A stretch of 64,000 nucleotides of DNA, from contig NC_087436.1 in assembly GCF_036321535.1 (NCBI RefSeq), positions 16,678,001 through 16,742,000 on the forward strand, given 5' to 3'. This DNA comes from Camelus dromedarius (taxonomy: Eukaryota). Under the pieces are notes generated by a model. It ran no database searches, was not told the DNA's origin, and worked only from the letters and a program-made list of their open reading frames with translations. The position numbers were made by a program, and so were the translations under genes. Of the stretch, positions 12,701 through 24,558 are shown piece after piece (the first letter of the stretch is position 1; each line of letters begins with the position of its first letter).

Positions 12701-13429
12701 CAAACCCAACTTTCTCTTTTCACTTGGCTTCTCTTAAACCTGTAAGCACCCACCTAACTTCAAATGGAATATTAGAGTCTTAGAAATGGGTAGTGATGGG
12801 GGTGGGGTTTATTTTGCATACAGGCAGATTGAGGTTGAAGTTACTTTCCTTGGCAATGACTATTCTTCACCCTTCTCATGGCTACTTAGGTATTTATTGT
12901 GCAGAATTTGTAGACGTCAACCTGAATTACATGAAGTTGTAGGCTCACTGTCTCATACACATGGTCCTATGACAGAGTTGAACAATCTGCAAATCATTGT
13001 GGCTCCCCGAGAACCTAAGATAATTGAGTAGCCTGGCAAATACAAGGTAGCGAATGGAGGCGATGTTAACAGACATATTGATATTGTCTGCTCCCCTACA
13101 TGGAGATCGTTGTCTGCAAAGGCAGTCTTACAGTGGATTGTTATTTTTCCAGATTGATGTTTGACACATAATAGACCCAAATTCTTTTAGGTACATGGAT
13201 GATGAAATAGAGAGTAGTAAGAAGAGAGAAAAATGATGTGGAGTTGCAAAATTGTCTCTGTGTGTGAGGGAAGTGGGGGACTTTCAGAGGTCTCTTTGAA
13301 GGGCTGAACCAGATACATCTTTAATGTCCACTTCAATCCTGTGGTTCCATTAAAGCCACTCTAAATAATCTGAGTACCTACATGTAAGACATCCCAAAAC
13401 ATGTCTCATTAAAATTAACGTTCTGGAGA

Positions 13430-13670
13430 ATGCAAAGCACAGCATGGAGACAGAAGCTAACAATACTACATCAAGTATTAGAAAGTTGCTAAGAGAGTGG
13501 ATCTTGAAAGTTCTCATCACAAGAAAAAACATTCGAAACTGTGTGTGGTGATGGATGTTAACTAGATGTACTGTGATCAGTTCTCAATGTATACAAATGT
13601 CAGATCATTATTTTGTACCCATGAAACTACTATAATGTTATGTGTCAGTTATATCTCAGGTTGAAAAAAA
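13430..13670 (+). mobile_element. L1 3' end (L1MA9/10-like)
   Basis: gaaagttgctaagagagtggatcttgaaagttctcatcacaag...atgtgtcagttatatctca plus A tail. Confidence 0.9.
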
Positions 13671-13776
13671 TATTTGGGGACACTGGTAAGGGGGAGTTCA
13701 ATGAAATGAAGCCTTTGAGAGCAGCCAGTCTTTGTCTATTTGGAAAATTTCTCCTTCTTATTCAGTAGGTACAATC

Positions 13777-14067
13777 TTTTTTTTTTCTTCCAGTTTTATT
13801 GAGATATAATTGACATACAGTACTGTATAAATTTGAGGCTTACAGCATAATGATTTGCATATATCACGATATAATTATCACAGTGTTTAGTGAATATCTA
13901 TCATCTCATATAGATATAAAATTAAATAGAAAAAAATTTTCCTTGTTATGAGGAACTCTCAGCCTTTACTCTCAACAGCTTTCATATATAACATACACTA
14001 GTGTTAATTTTATTTATGTTGTACTTTAAATCTCTAGGACTTATTTATCTTAATAACTGGAAGTTTG
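13777..14067 (-). mobile_element. 5'-truncated L1 3' end (L1MA9-like)
   Basis: Poly-T then ccagttttattgagatataattgacatacag...ttatttatcttaataactggaagtttg. Closely similar to the copy at 53605-54030. Confidence 0.9.
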
Positions 14068-14099
14068 TTAGGTAGGTGTACTCTTCAAACCACATTGGT

Positions 14100-14325
14100 A
14101 CCTGAGCGGTCGCTCTTTCGATCCGGAACAGAGGAGCTTCTAGTCACGCAGGACGCTGACTGCAGTCCAAGTCCTCCTCCCCTCCCCCTCCCCCTCGACT
14201 CCCCTCCCCCTCACACCCCGCCTCCTTCCGCCCCTCCCCCACCTCCCCCACCTCGCCCCCTCGTCTCCCCTCCCCCATCCCCCATGCCTCATGCCTCCCC
14301 CCCACCCCTCTCCGGTCTCAGCGGC
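14100..14325. promoter_or_regulatory. Small CpG-rich, C-tract segment; candidate promoter with G-quadruplex potential
   Basis: 13 CpGs counted in about 225 bp, against a CpG-poor background. ETS-like ccggaa, GC-box-like cccgcc and ccgcccc, and about 15 runs of three or more C at 14173-14310. Confidence 0.4.
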
Positions 14326-14425
14326 TGGGGCCTCTGGCCAGCCTCTCTGGGCCTCAGTTTCCTTATGTATCAAACGAAGGCAGTGGACTACAATCCCTAA
14401 ACCCCTCCTTCTGTAAATATTCTCT
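14326..14425 (+). mobile_element. MIR/MIR3 fragment
   Basis: cctctctgggcctcagtttccttatgtatcaaacgaaggcagtggacta. Confidence 0.7.
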
Positions 14426-15369
14426 GCTGCGGATGTATACCCTCATTCTGAAGAGCTAGAGCTTTATCAATCTGTTTCAAAATAAATTGGTTAAAAGTTC
14501 TTCAATCTTATTTTGGTTTCAGAAATATGTAATGCTGGATTGTTTTGGTAATATTTTCTTCCTCCCAGGGCAGATATAGTATACGATGAAAATGAAGAAA
14601 GTCTGTGAGTAGAAGTGAGAAGAGTTGGGACAGTGAGTCAGGTGGCAGAGTATCTGGAAGCTTCTTGCAGACACAGATGGTCGCTGTAAACTGTTGTGGC
14701 AGGGAATTTCTGCCAGACGTCCCATGGAGTTTATTACTAAATGTGGGATCAGTACACTTTTAAAAACATGCTGTGCGTGTAAAATCACTTAAAATACTGC
14801 AAGTGCAAAATCCTTTTGTTTCAGCAATATCTAATCTTTCCCTTCTGCTTTATAAATAATTTAGATTAAAATCTCAGCCTTGGTGTTGAGCAATTTTATT
14901 ACTTTTAAAAAAATTTTATCTTTTATAAAATTGTTGAGTGACTTATTAGGAAAAATTAAACTTGCGATTGTGTGATGGTCTCTGATTCAGGAATATGTTT
15001 CATTTGACTCCATAATATTTTTTTAAAGACAGAAATACTGTAAAGGACAATTAAGAAGTATATAATTAATGTGAAACACCGGAATACAATGAAAGCATAT
15101 TATGCCACAGTGTGTGGTCTGAGTAAAAAGCATTACATTTGCCCCAGCTGCTAAACTCAGTGCTCAAGTATAATAGTTAATCTTACAATATAGGAAACAA
15201 CCGTAATTAGGGAATGGTTATATCTTTAAAATGTAACTCCATGTAGTAAAAACCAGGCAACCTTGCAGGTGGAAGCAGGGATTTTATGGAACATTAAAAA
15301 TATTTCAGTGCAAGAAATTTCAGCAACAGAAATTTGTAATTGAATATATGCTGTTTCTCCTCTCTATAT

Positions 15370-15572
15370 ACTAGTTAATGTTTATAGTTTATAAACATTT
15401 TCACTTGTATTTGTCTAGTTTCATCTCTACATATTCCCCAAAAGGTGTCTGGGAGGTATTATTGCATTAATAGCTTCACTTTAGAGATGAAAAACTGGGC
15501 TTCAGAAAGGCTAACGACTTGCCTGAGTTAATGCAACCAGTAAGCGATGTAGCTGGTCCTCAATCCTGTTTC
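15370..15572 (-). mobile_element. MIR SINE
   Basis: ttagagatgaaaaactgggcttcagaaaggctaacgacttgcctgag...agtaag. Confidence 0.75.
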
Positions 15573-15924
15573 TATGGGAAGGGTCTGAGCAGCAGCAGCT
15601 CAAGGATGCTAAAGAGAAGAGCGTGTAGGAGTGCTCGTTTTGTCCTGAAATGCGCTGTAGACGCTGGTATAGTTTTGATCTTTAGGCAAAAAAATGTTTA
15701 CATTTGGCCCCCCAGTTTCACTCCTACCTAAGAGAGTAGTCCATGAATGGATACTGTTTCATCGACTTTCTGGATACATTTAACTTGAGTATTTTTTTTT
15801 TAAGAATAAAATAAATCTGGTAAACATCTTATCCAAGCTGTTTTAGTTTTTAAATTCTAGACAAAGGACATAGGCTCGCTCCTTTGTTCAGATTTCCCCA
15901 CTTTTATATAGAAATATGTAGAGA

Positions 15925-16800
15925 GAAATAATTGAGTGGAATATAGAACGTTGGAAAAGCTTATTAGGCCATTGAGCCCAACCTCTTCCCCAAGGCAGAG
16001 ATATGGTCTTTGGCAGATATTTGTCCAGTTCACTGTTTTAAAAGGCAACCCATCTTCTGTGGGACGGCGGTGCTTGTAATTGACGTCTTCCTCCAGGTGA
16101 ACTCATTACTGCCTCCTGGCGATTTCTTTCCACTGAGCTTATTCCACCTGCTAGAGATCTTCAGAGTTAGTCTAGGTTCTTGCTCTCATGAAACTTTTCT
16201 TGCTTGGTTCCCTTCCTCCCTAGACCCCAGACCTCATAAGTTGTTCTTCATGATATGGTTTCCAGCCCTTTCTACTTTCTGGTCCCCTTTCGTGGAAGTA
16301 TTGGTGAATGTTCCCCTTAAATGCAGATCCAGGGTTGAATAGAATCATCTGGATGTAATCAGACCCAGCAGGGGTGCAGCTGACACTCTTGTTCCAGACA
16401 CAGTGATTCTATTCATTCTGTAAAGATTGCATCTGGTATGTTACTGCCTTGTCAGAAGACGGGCTTTTAGCAATGCGGCAATGAACAGATCATAGATTTT
16501 TGCCCCACACGATTGCTATTTTGCCAGATCTGTCACATTGTGAGCCTCAAACCAGTTTCACTTTGATCCTTAGTGCAGTACTTCATGATTCCTATTAAAT
16601 TTTATTCTGCTAGTTTTGATCTATATTTTATCGTTTTGAGATATTTTTGATTTATTAAATTTTCTCAAATTTGTATTCTCAGCAAATTTTGTAAGCATAC
16701 TTTAAATGACTTCACTCAACTTGATGAAATGTTGGAGTCAGACTTGAGTATAATATTCTATAAAATGCACCTAGGGACTTCCCTCAAGGTTGACAAAAAT
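15925..16800 (-). mobile_element. L3/CR1 LINE remnant
   Basis: tgaatagaatcatctggatgtaatcagacc...ttgttccagacacagtgattctatt...taaagattgcat resembles antisense L3. Confidence 0.55.
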
Positions 16801-17289
16801 CTATTAATACTCTTTGAGTGCATCGATGATCTAAGCACAATTCAGTCGGAATGATCATACTGTTCCCTAACTCTTCATGGTCATCTTTGGTCCTTTTTTT
16901 TTTTCTACAGTCCCTCACGCAGCACAAGCCCCTGACAAAGTTGTGTTGAGTGATTTGAATGTCTCCTTTGTGATTGCTCAGTATTTGGAGTCTTTGTCTC
17001 TTTGTGATCAAACAAAATATCAGGTACACCCCAGAGGCCAATTCTTATCGCTCCCTCTTCAGAAAGTTTTCCTCTGCTAACTTCAAGCTCCGTTAAATCT
17101 TTTTAAAGTCTTCTAGCTCAAGTTGCTTGTGTCACACATCTGAGCACTTAGTTATGGGCTCCTTTGTGCTGCTGACTGAAGGTTTGTGAGTGTGAGTGTG
17201 TGCTCGTAGTGTGTGTTTGCATAGTGACACATACTTTTCTTTCTTTTTTTTTCTGTGCAGCGTACTCTGCCATTTCTGCCTCTTCTCAT

Positions 17290-17680
17290 TGTGTATCACT
17301 TGAATGAGACCCCATTTTGATCACATTTGATTGGTTCAAGGTTGATCACCTGACACATGCTGGACCAGTCAGAAACCTTCCTTGGGAATTTTGGAAATTG
17401 AGAAGTAGAAGGTTAGCTCTCTTTCGGAGCCTAATTTTGTAAAATGAATAGGTTGGGAGTCATTCATGGCTGCAGCCTTGTAGCCTAAGACATGAGTAAA
17501 ATCAATCAAAGGGTAGTACAGAGACAGAAAGAGAGATAGAGACACAGAGTGAAAGACAGAAAGATGAAGCACAGGGAAAAGTAGCCACTACAGCTGAAAA
17601 GTTCTGGTGGGACTGGAGTCCCTGGGACCAGTGCTCCCAAGATCCAGCCACATTCCTTTGCTTGGGAACCAAAAGACCCA
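17290..17680 (+). mobile_element. ERVL-class solo LTR remnant (LTR16/LTR33-like)
   Basis: tgattggttcaaggttgatcacctgacacatgctggaccagtcaga...ccttgggaatttt, an internal GA-rich tract, and terminal gcttgggaaccaaaaga. Confidence 0.5.
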
Positions 17681-20129
17681 TTTAGTAAGTACACTTTTCT
17701 TTAGCTACTTCAAACTGTTACTTCAGTATCTAAAATGGATTTTAGAATTATCCATTGGCAAGTCAAATTGTGAAATTTTCCATGAAAGTCCTGTCAAGCT
17801 TACCATAAATTATTTTCTGAATGTAAGTAGAATACAAGTAATAAATTAAAAAATCTAGGATATCCTGACATCTATATTCTTGACTTCCATAAACTCAAGT
17901 ATGATAATCATAATTCCAAAATTGTCATTGCTTTCACCTCATTCAACATTTCTTCACCTTTGGTCAGAATGTAGCCCAATATATTCACAATATACTTAAT
18001 TCAAAGACTGAGAAACTAAAATCTTTTAAGTCCAGGCATTTTCATTTTTTTTAATTTGCTAGACTTACCTTCATTTTACATAAGCATGCAAAAATGTTAT
18101 CAGAAAAGACCACTTAAGTAGTCCAATACTTAATTTCTGAACTAAGTATGTAGAAAGAAACTTTCCAGAACACTTTGCCTGACTAAGAATTCATCACCTA
18201 GACCATGTCACCCATGGTCTAAAAATTCATTTCCTTTTTATCTTTATACCACACTTTTAGTCTAGTTAAAGTATGCTGGAACTGATCGCGCACTTTCTGT
18301 TCATTGGAGTACCATTTGGAGGACGTCGATTGTGAAGAAACAACCGTTGAGCCATCTTTTAACGTTTTGCTTTAAGTGAGCAATGAAATGTGAAGCAATT
18401 TTGCATTTACATCTCAGGCGCTTTGCCGCTGAAGCACTATCCTGCGTGTAGCGATAGAACGTTTAGTTCCACCTCATCACCTGCCTTGTGTTTATCAATA
18501 ATATTGATTAGAAATGCCTGCTCACCAAGTCCAAAATCAAATATTTTAAAGCCAAGTTAAATGATAAACTATATTTTCAAGCTGAATGTGATGTTTTGAG
18601 GCTGGTGTTTGATATTCTTTTCCTGTTCCTTGAAACACCAATTTAGCAACCAACGATCCTATTATGTGGCGTCTAGGTGGTGTTGGCAACTTTCTAGTAA
18701 GAATGTGGAAGCTGGACCCGGATAAGCATAAATGATGTTAGATTTGCACTTGAGGAGGCACAGATACAATTACTACTAAGGAAATTACTAGGTTGGAGCC
18801 AGAGCAGCATTTAGGGAAAATGTGCTGCGTAAAATTATAACACAAAGTGTCCAGCAATAACAATTGCTTTGTAATTCATTGGCTGAATTCTAGAAAGAAA
18901 TGGAGACTTTCTGGCTGTTTTGAAAATGTAGAGAAATGACAAATTGGGAGAAGGGTGTTTGTCTTGGCAATTTTTGGCAGGGGGCAGGGTATGGGGGTGC
19001 AGGGCTGTGGGTGGGGATGTGGATTTCAATGTGTGCATCACTTATTGGTTTAGATTTCTCCACAGATCTTGTCGTTGTGTTAGTTGATTGTACCTCACTT
19101 GAGACAACTCTGACAAATACTGCGATCATCATATTACATTTAGAAGTATAATTTGGGGCAATAATTAAAAAATAAAAAGTGTTTACTTCTAGACGTTTTA
19201 AAGATTTCTAAAAAGTGAATGAGAAACTTCTGATCGTCAAAGAAAGCAGAATCTTTAGGCTTTTGGCAGTTTACAGAAAATAAGCAACCACTTGAAATGA
19301 AGAGAAAAATATCACCAATATCATAGAAAAAAAAGAAAAGTCAATTAAAATTTATGGCTTCAGAGTACTCATTTTCAGAAAAGAACCTCAGAAGACTAAG
19401 AATCATGCTTTCTCCCCATCCTCCAGTCCATAACTGCACTTGATATGTTTTTCACCATGTGGGAGTGGGTCTGCTCAGTCTCCCCCCTCCCCAAATCGTT
19501 TATTGTACTGAAGTGCAGTGACGTACATTTTCTAGCTAACGGTTGGTATTTGCTTTTTATTTGACTTTGATTTATGTAAGATATGTTAACATATTTTGCA
19601 TCTCACTTTAGAGAGGAATGAGAAAACACTTAGCAGGGAAAGACCTCTAATGCTGTGACACCCTTTTGGTACAAGGGACGTATTTGTTAGAAAAATCCAT
19701 CTGCATTCCTGGGCCACACCTTGAAGATATCCTGATTACTGAACTATTTGAAAAACTTTCCCCACAAATTTTGTAGCTCGCTTAAATGCTGGCTTTTTAA
19801 AAACAACATTTATTGTAGCTAATCTACATACTGATTCTTTTGCTCAGTCTCCCCACTTGTGTTTGCCCGTTTCTTTTCTCCATGAACTCTCTGCTCTTAG
19901 TTGTTGAATGATTATTTGAAATTTTACCTCCTACACCAAGACAATTTTTAGCACAGTACCGCAGACACAAAATCATCTCTGGATAAATGTTTGAAGTCTT
20001 TAATGATGGTGATTGTGTAATAAATTCTAAGAAAGATATTGAGTAGTTTCATGTCTCAGTGATTTCTGAATTTTTTTTTTTAATGTTCTGCTACAAATGT
20101 CAAAACCACAGAGTAAAGATTAAACTGTC

Positions 20130-20292
20130 AATTTTGTAGGCAAGTAGACCCGACTTCTAGTGTTGGTTATCTTTCTAGTGTAACTTGTTGTACAAGCTAA
20201 CTTTATCCTCTGTAGGTCTGTTACTTATTAGTAAAGTAAAAAGAATAGGTTTGATGGATCTCTGTAATCTTCTGAAATCGTATGACTCTAAG
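20130..20292 (+). mobile_element. MIR fragment
   Basis: ctttatcctctgtaggtctgttacttattagtaaagtaaaaagaataggtttgatggatctct...tatgactcta. Confidence 0.5.
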
Positions 20293-21807
20293 ACTAATTG
20301 CTGTTTCAATAATCATAGGCCTTTTTTGATATTAAACTTTTTTTTCCTTTGGGGTAGATATTTCTTGACTTATGTGGCTATGCAAAGTTTAGGAGAAATG
20401 CAGAGAGCTTGGCCTCTTTTGGGGGACAGTAGGTCTAGCTAAGGAGCCCAAGTGAAAGGCATCAGAAGTCAGGGGACAGCCCAAGATCCACGGGTATCTG
20501 GGGGTCGGAGAGGGGGACAGAAGCAGATGGAAGCCACTGAGGACAGACTTTACTTGGTTCACAGTTTTGCCCAGGGTTGTGTGTGAGTGATTTCATGGGA
20601 GAGAAGTTTCAGAAAGTAGTCTAATGGAACCACAGAAATGTAATGATTCTGCTTTTCTTTCATCATCATAAAAACCTTTCTGGACACCGGTACTGTGCTG
20701 AACCATATTGGAGCCAGAGGAAAAAAGGAAAAATCAGTAATACTAACCCTATCATAATGCAAAATGTTGATATGTTGTCTATCATGTATATTTTCCATTG
20801 ATTTCTATGTTTTAGATTGCATTAAAGTATTATTTATCTTGATTGATTACTGAGATTTTGCAGGGGGAACCCATTCAGGTTTCCACCAAAGGCGAGCACA
20901 TTACTCACTGCATCCTTGTCCTGGCTTTGCTGGCCCCTCAGCATTGACCCTTTGTCTGTAAGTCCTTTCTGCCGCCTAACTAGGTTGGCAAGGTGAGAAG
21001 AAGGTCTATTCGGTTGCACATTGAGAAAGTGCCATCTCATGAGGGTCTTGCTCTCTGAGGGGTTAATACATCAGCCAGTTGCAACTCCTCTCCTTGGGGC
21101 ACGTAATGGACCAAAAAGATGAATCGAGTGCAGTTTTCAAAAATGCCACCTGTGGTCCTTTTGGTTGCAATCGTGTGCAGTTTACATTCCCAGGGACATT
21201 GTACACTTAGTGGAGTTATTCCTGAAATTTTAAGTCAAAAGATTAATACAGAAGAAATTCCTTTTATAGGCAAAGCAAAACCACACCACTAAATGAGACA
21301 ATCAATCTGCCAGAAGCAGGAAGAGCTGCCTGCAATTGCTCTGCGGAATGACATGGGAAAACTTGTTTAAGGAGGAAAAAGACTGGAAAGTGTAACCGCA
21401 ATCTGGTGAGGTGGAAGGATCTGGGTGTTAGGGGAACCGAGAACAACTCCCAGCGTGCATGGAGGGTAACTAATAATAGGCCTTGGACATGTTTTCTTGC
21501 ATCCGACCAAAGTAATGGTTTCCCACAGCCCTATGGTGGAAAATGGAAATAATATGGGCTAGCGAACCAAAAGGCGAAACATGCACTTACTTACACATCT
21601 CTGTGTAATAAGAAAAAAATAAAAATAAAACCAAGTGTTAAAATGAGAACCATTTTACAGTCCACTTATAAAAGTCAGCAGGACAGCATGACAAGATGAA
21701 AGATGACAGAGGCTGGCTCCTTGAGACACAGGCCAACTCCTTATTCCTTCCTTGGCTTTTTGTCTCTTCAGAGGCTTAAGAAAAAGCTGCTAAAAAAGGA
21801 AAAAACT

Positions 21808-22450
21808 GCCGGTAGGAATGGAAAATGGCACAGCCACTGTGGAAAATAGTTTGGTGGCCCCTTAAAAAGTTAAACAGAATTACCATAAGACCCAGCCATT
21901 CTACTCCCAGGGATAAACCCAGAGGAACTGAAAACAGGGACTCAGACAGTTGTATGGCAATGTTTACTGCAGCATTATTTATAATAGCCAAGAAGGTGGA
22001 AGCAACTCAAATGTCCATCAACAGATGCAAAGATAAACAAAATGCAATATATTCATACAACAGAATATTAGCCATACAATGGAAAGAAGTTCTGATAAAT
22101 GCTGCAACATGGATGAACCTTAAAAACATTATCCTAAATGAAATAAGCCAGACACAAAAAAGGGCAAATATTATATGATTACATTTATATGAAATATCTA
22201 GAGTATGAAAATTCATAGACAGAAAGTCAATTAAAATTAGCAGGGAACGAGGGGAAGGAGAAATGGGGAATTACTGTTTGATGGGTACAGAGTTTCTGCT
22301 CTGGATGATGAAAAAGTTTGGGAAATAAATGTGATGATTATACAACATTATGTATTATAATGAATGCCACTGAATTACACACTTGAAAATGATTAAAAGG
22401 ACAAATTTTTATAAAGTTGATTTCAATAAAAAGAAAAAAACACAAAATAA
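21808..22450 (+). mobile_element. L1MB-like ORF2 C-terminus and 3' UTR
   Basis: ORF 21825-22178 carries QPLWKIVW.PLKKL and MFTAALFIIAK, known L1 ORF2p C-terminal motifs. The 3' UTR ends in aataaaaag and an A tail. Confidence 0.92.
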
Positions 22451-22559
22451 TAAAAGCCAAAAATGGAAAAACAGGAAAGCATAGATTTGTATGAGATTCA
22501 GTATTGTCTCATGTTATTTAGTTAAAGCCAATTCCTGCATTTGGAAGCCATATTCTTAA

Positions 22560-22844
22560 AAACTAAAAAAAATTGTTTATACAACTTTTAAAGGTTGCTT
22601 TCCATTTGCAGTTATTACAAAATATTGGCTGTATTCCGTGTTGTCTATTCCTTGAGCCTGTCTTACACCCAACAGTTTGTACTTCCCACACCCCGCCCCC
22701 TATACTGCCCCCTCTGCAACACGGATAACCACTAATTTGTTCTCTATGAGTCTGCTTCTTTTTTGTTATATTCACTAGTTTGTCATATTTTTAGATTCCA
22801 CATACAAGTGATATACAGTATTTGTTTTTCTCTGACTTATTTCA
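22560..22844 (-). mobile_element. Cetartiodactyl-type L1 3' end (L1_Art-like)
   Basis: cagttattacaaaatattggctgtattcc...ttttagattccacatacaagtgatatacagtatttg. 17-bp TSD with one mismatch, ggaagccatatt(c/g)ttaa, at 22543-22559 and 22845-22861. Confidence 0.9.
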
Positions 22845-24323
22845 GGAAGCCATATTGTTAATTAGACTTGTCCAAATCAACTTGGCCTAAGGGAGCAAAA
22901 GACCAACGTTCTTCAGAAAAAAATTTGTTTTTAGTAGTAGAAGAGGTTCTAGAGAAATAAAACATTATCTAAACGGTACTTAATGTGAATTAAAGAACAC
23001 ATACTGCCCATTTTGGTTTCATCAAGCTCTCTCCTCAATTAGGGCTAAATTATACCCGACTCAAGCAACCACTACGCCTCCCGTTTTTCCTACAGCTAAT
23101 CGGGAGCATCACCTCCTAGAAAGGAGTGGGGGTGACCCATGACATACCCCCCCACAACTGCTCTAATGTTTTTGGGCAATTTTTATCCGTGGCGGAAGTG
23201 GTCAAGGAGCTGGGGGGTAGGGAAATACGGTGTTTCATATCTCTTCCAAATCCAAAATCCAATCAATACTGGCCACGATCTTGAAACATTTGTGACTCTA
23301 AATGTCTGAATGCACTAGAATGTGGGATTTAAAGCACTTATGCTATACATTTTCCATGATTAGGTTAAAACATGGTGTGGCAGGTTATACTTCTTAAAAA
23401 ATTTGTTTTGAATTTGACATGCATTTATATGCAATACAAACATTTGAGGGCTAGGTAAGAAAGTCTGCTTGTCTCTTCATTAAATCGAGGTTCTCCATAT
23501 TAACCACTTTTTGGCTTTCTTGGATTATTAGAGATGTTTGAAAGTATTACAGTTGTATTAAAAATGTCTCTTTTCCTATTAGAGAGTAGTCTTCCTAGCG
23601 GCAGTGCACCCAGGTCTCACTGCGATCTCAGATGCTCTAGGCTGAGGTACATTTCTTCAGACTCACTTGCCTACTAACCTCAGATTTGAAAAGCTAAGGA
23701 AAAACACATGTCTTTCCTCTGGTGTCGAAAAATTTTATTCTCTTTGAACCATACTTTAACATTTTTTCCCTTCAATTTTTGCCTTGCTCTTTTTAGCCCT
23801 TGTTGGCTTTAGCTTTTTGCCAAGTCCTCATGTGCTTTTCTTCCTTTTCTTCCCCTTTGACTGTTCCACGCTCTTCGTGCTCAGAAAGGGTCAAGGGGAT
23901 TTCATTACTCGGTGAATCATGTACAGAGCCCCCACCTCAAGTGTGAGAACATGCTGGGTGTCGTGTAGGTGGACGTGTAAGTACCTGTATACACGTGTGT
24001 GGTCACGCACCTCTACTCATGGCTGCAAAGAAATGGGAGCCAGGAACAACAGTGGGGTGGTCTGTTTGAGGTAGGTGCCACTTGAAACCGAGTGACTGTA
24101 GGTACAGGGCTGACATCTATACTTACACCTATACAATGACCCAAGAATGCACCTTTTATAAAGACATTTAATTTGGGGGACATTTGAAAATGTCATAAAC
24201 ACATGTATTCATCTCCAGAGTTGCTTTCAAAAATTTCAAGTGTTTCATTATTCTCGATGCCTCAGAACCCTCCCTTTTGGTGGAATGTTTTGTTGTTGTT
24301 GGCAGTGGTTTTCTTTCACACAC

Positions 24324-24558
24324 TTTTTCTTTTCTTTAAATTTTCTTTTGTTTTCTTTTAATTGAAGTATAGTCAGTTTACAATGTTGTGTCAGTTTCTA
24401 GTGTACAGCGTCATGTTTCAGTCATATATATATATATGTACATAGATTCCTTTTCTATTCTTTTTCATTATAGGCTACTACAAGATATTGAATATAGTTC
24501 CCTGCGCTATACAGTAGAAACTTGCTGTTTATCTTATATATAGTAGTTAGTATCTGCA
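24324..24558 (-). mobile_element. Lineage-specific L1 3' end
   Basis: T-rich tail then attgaagtatagtcagtttacaatgttgtgtcagtttct...ctacaagatattgaatatagttccctgcgctatacag. Confidence 0.9.

Noticed and set aside
14065..14400. Proline-rich 111-aa ORF
   Set aside because: Artefact of the C tract, with a non-ATG start; it runs into a MIR.
21825..22178. 117-aa ORF with real protein motifs
   Set aside because: Frameshifted remnant of L1 ORF2, not a host gene.
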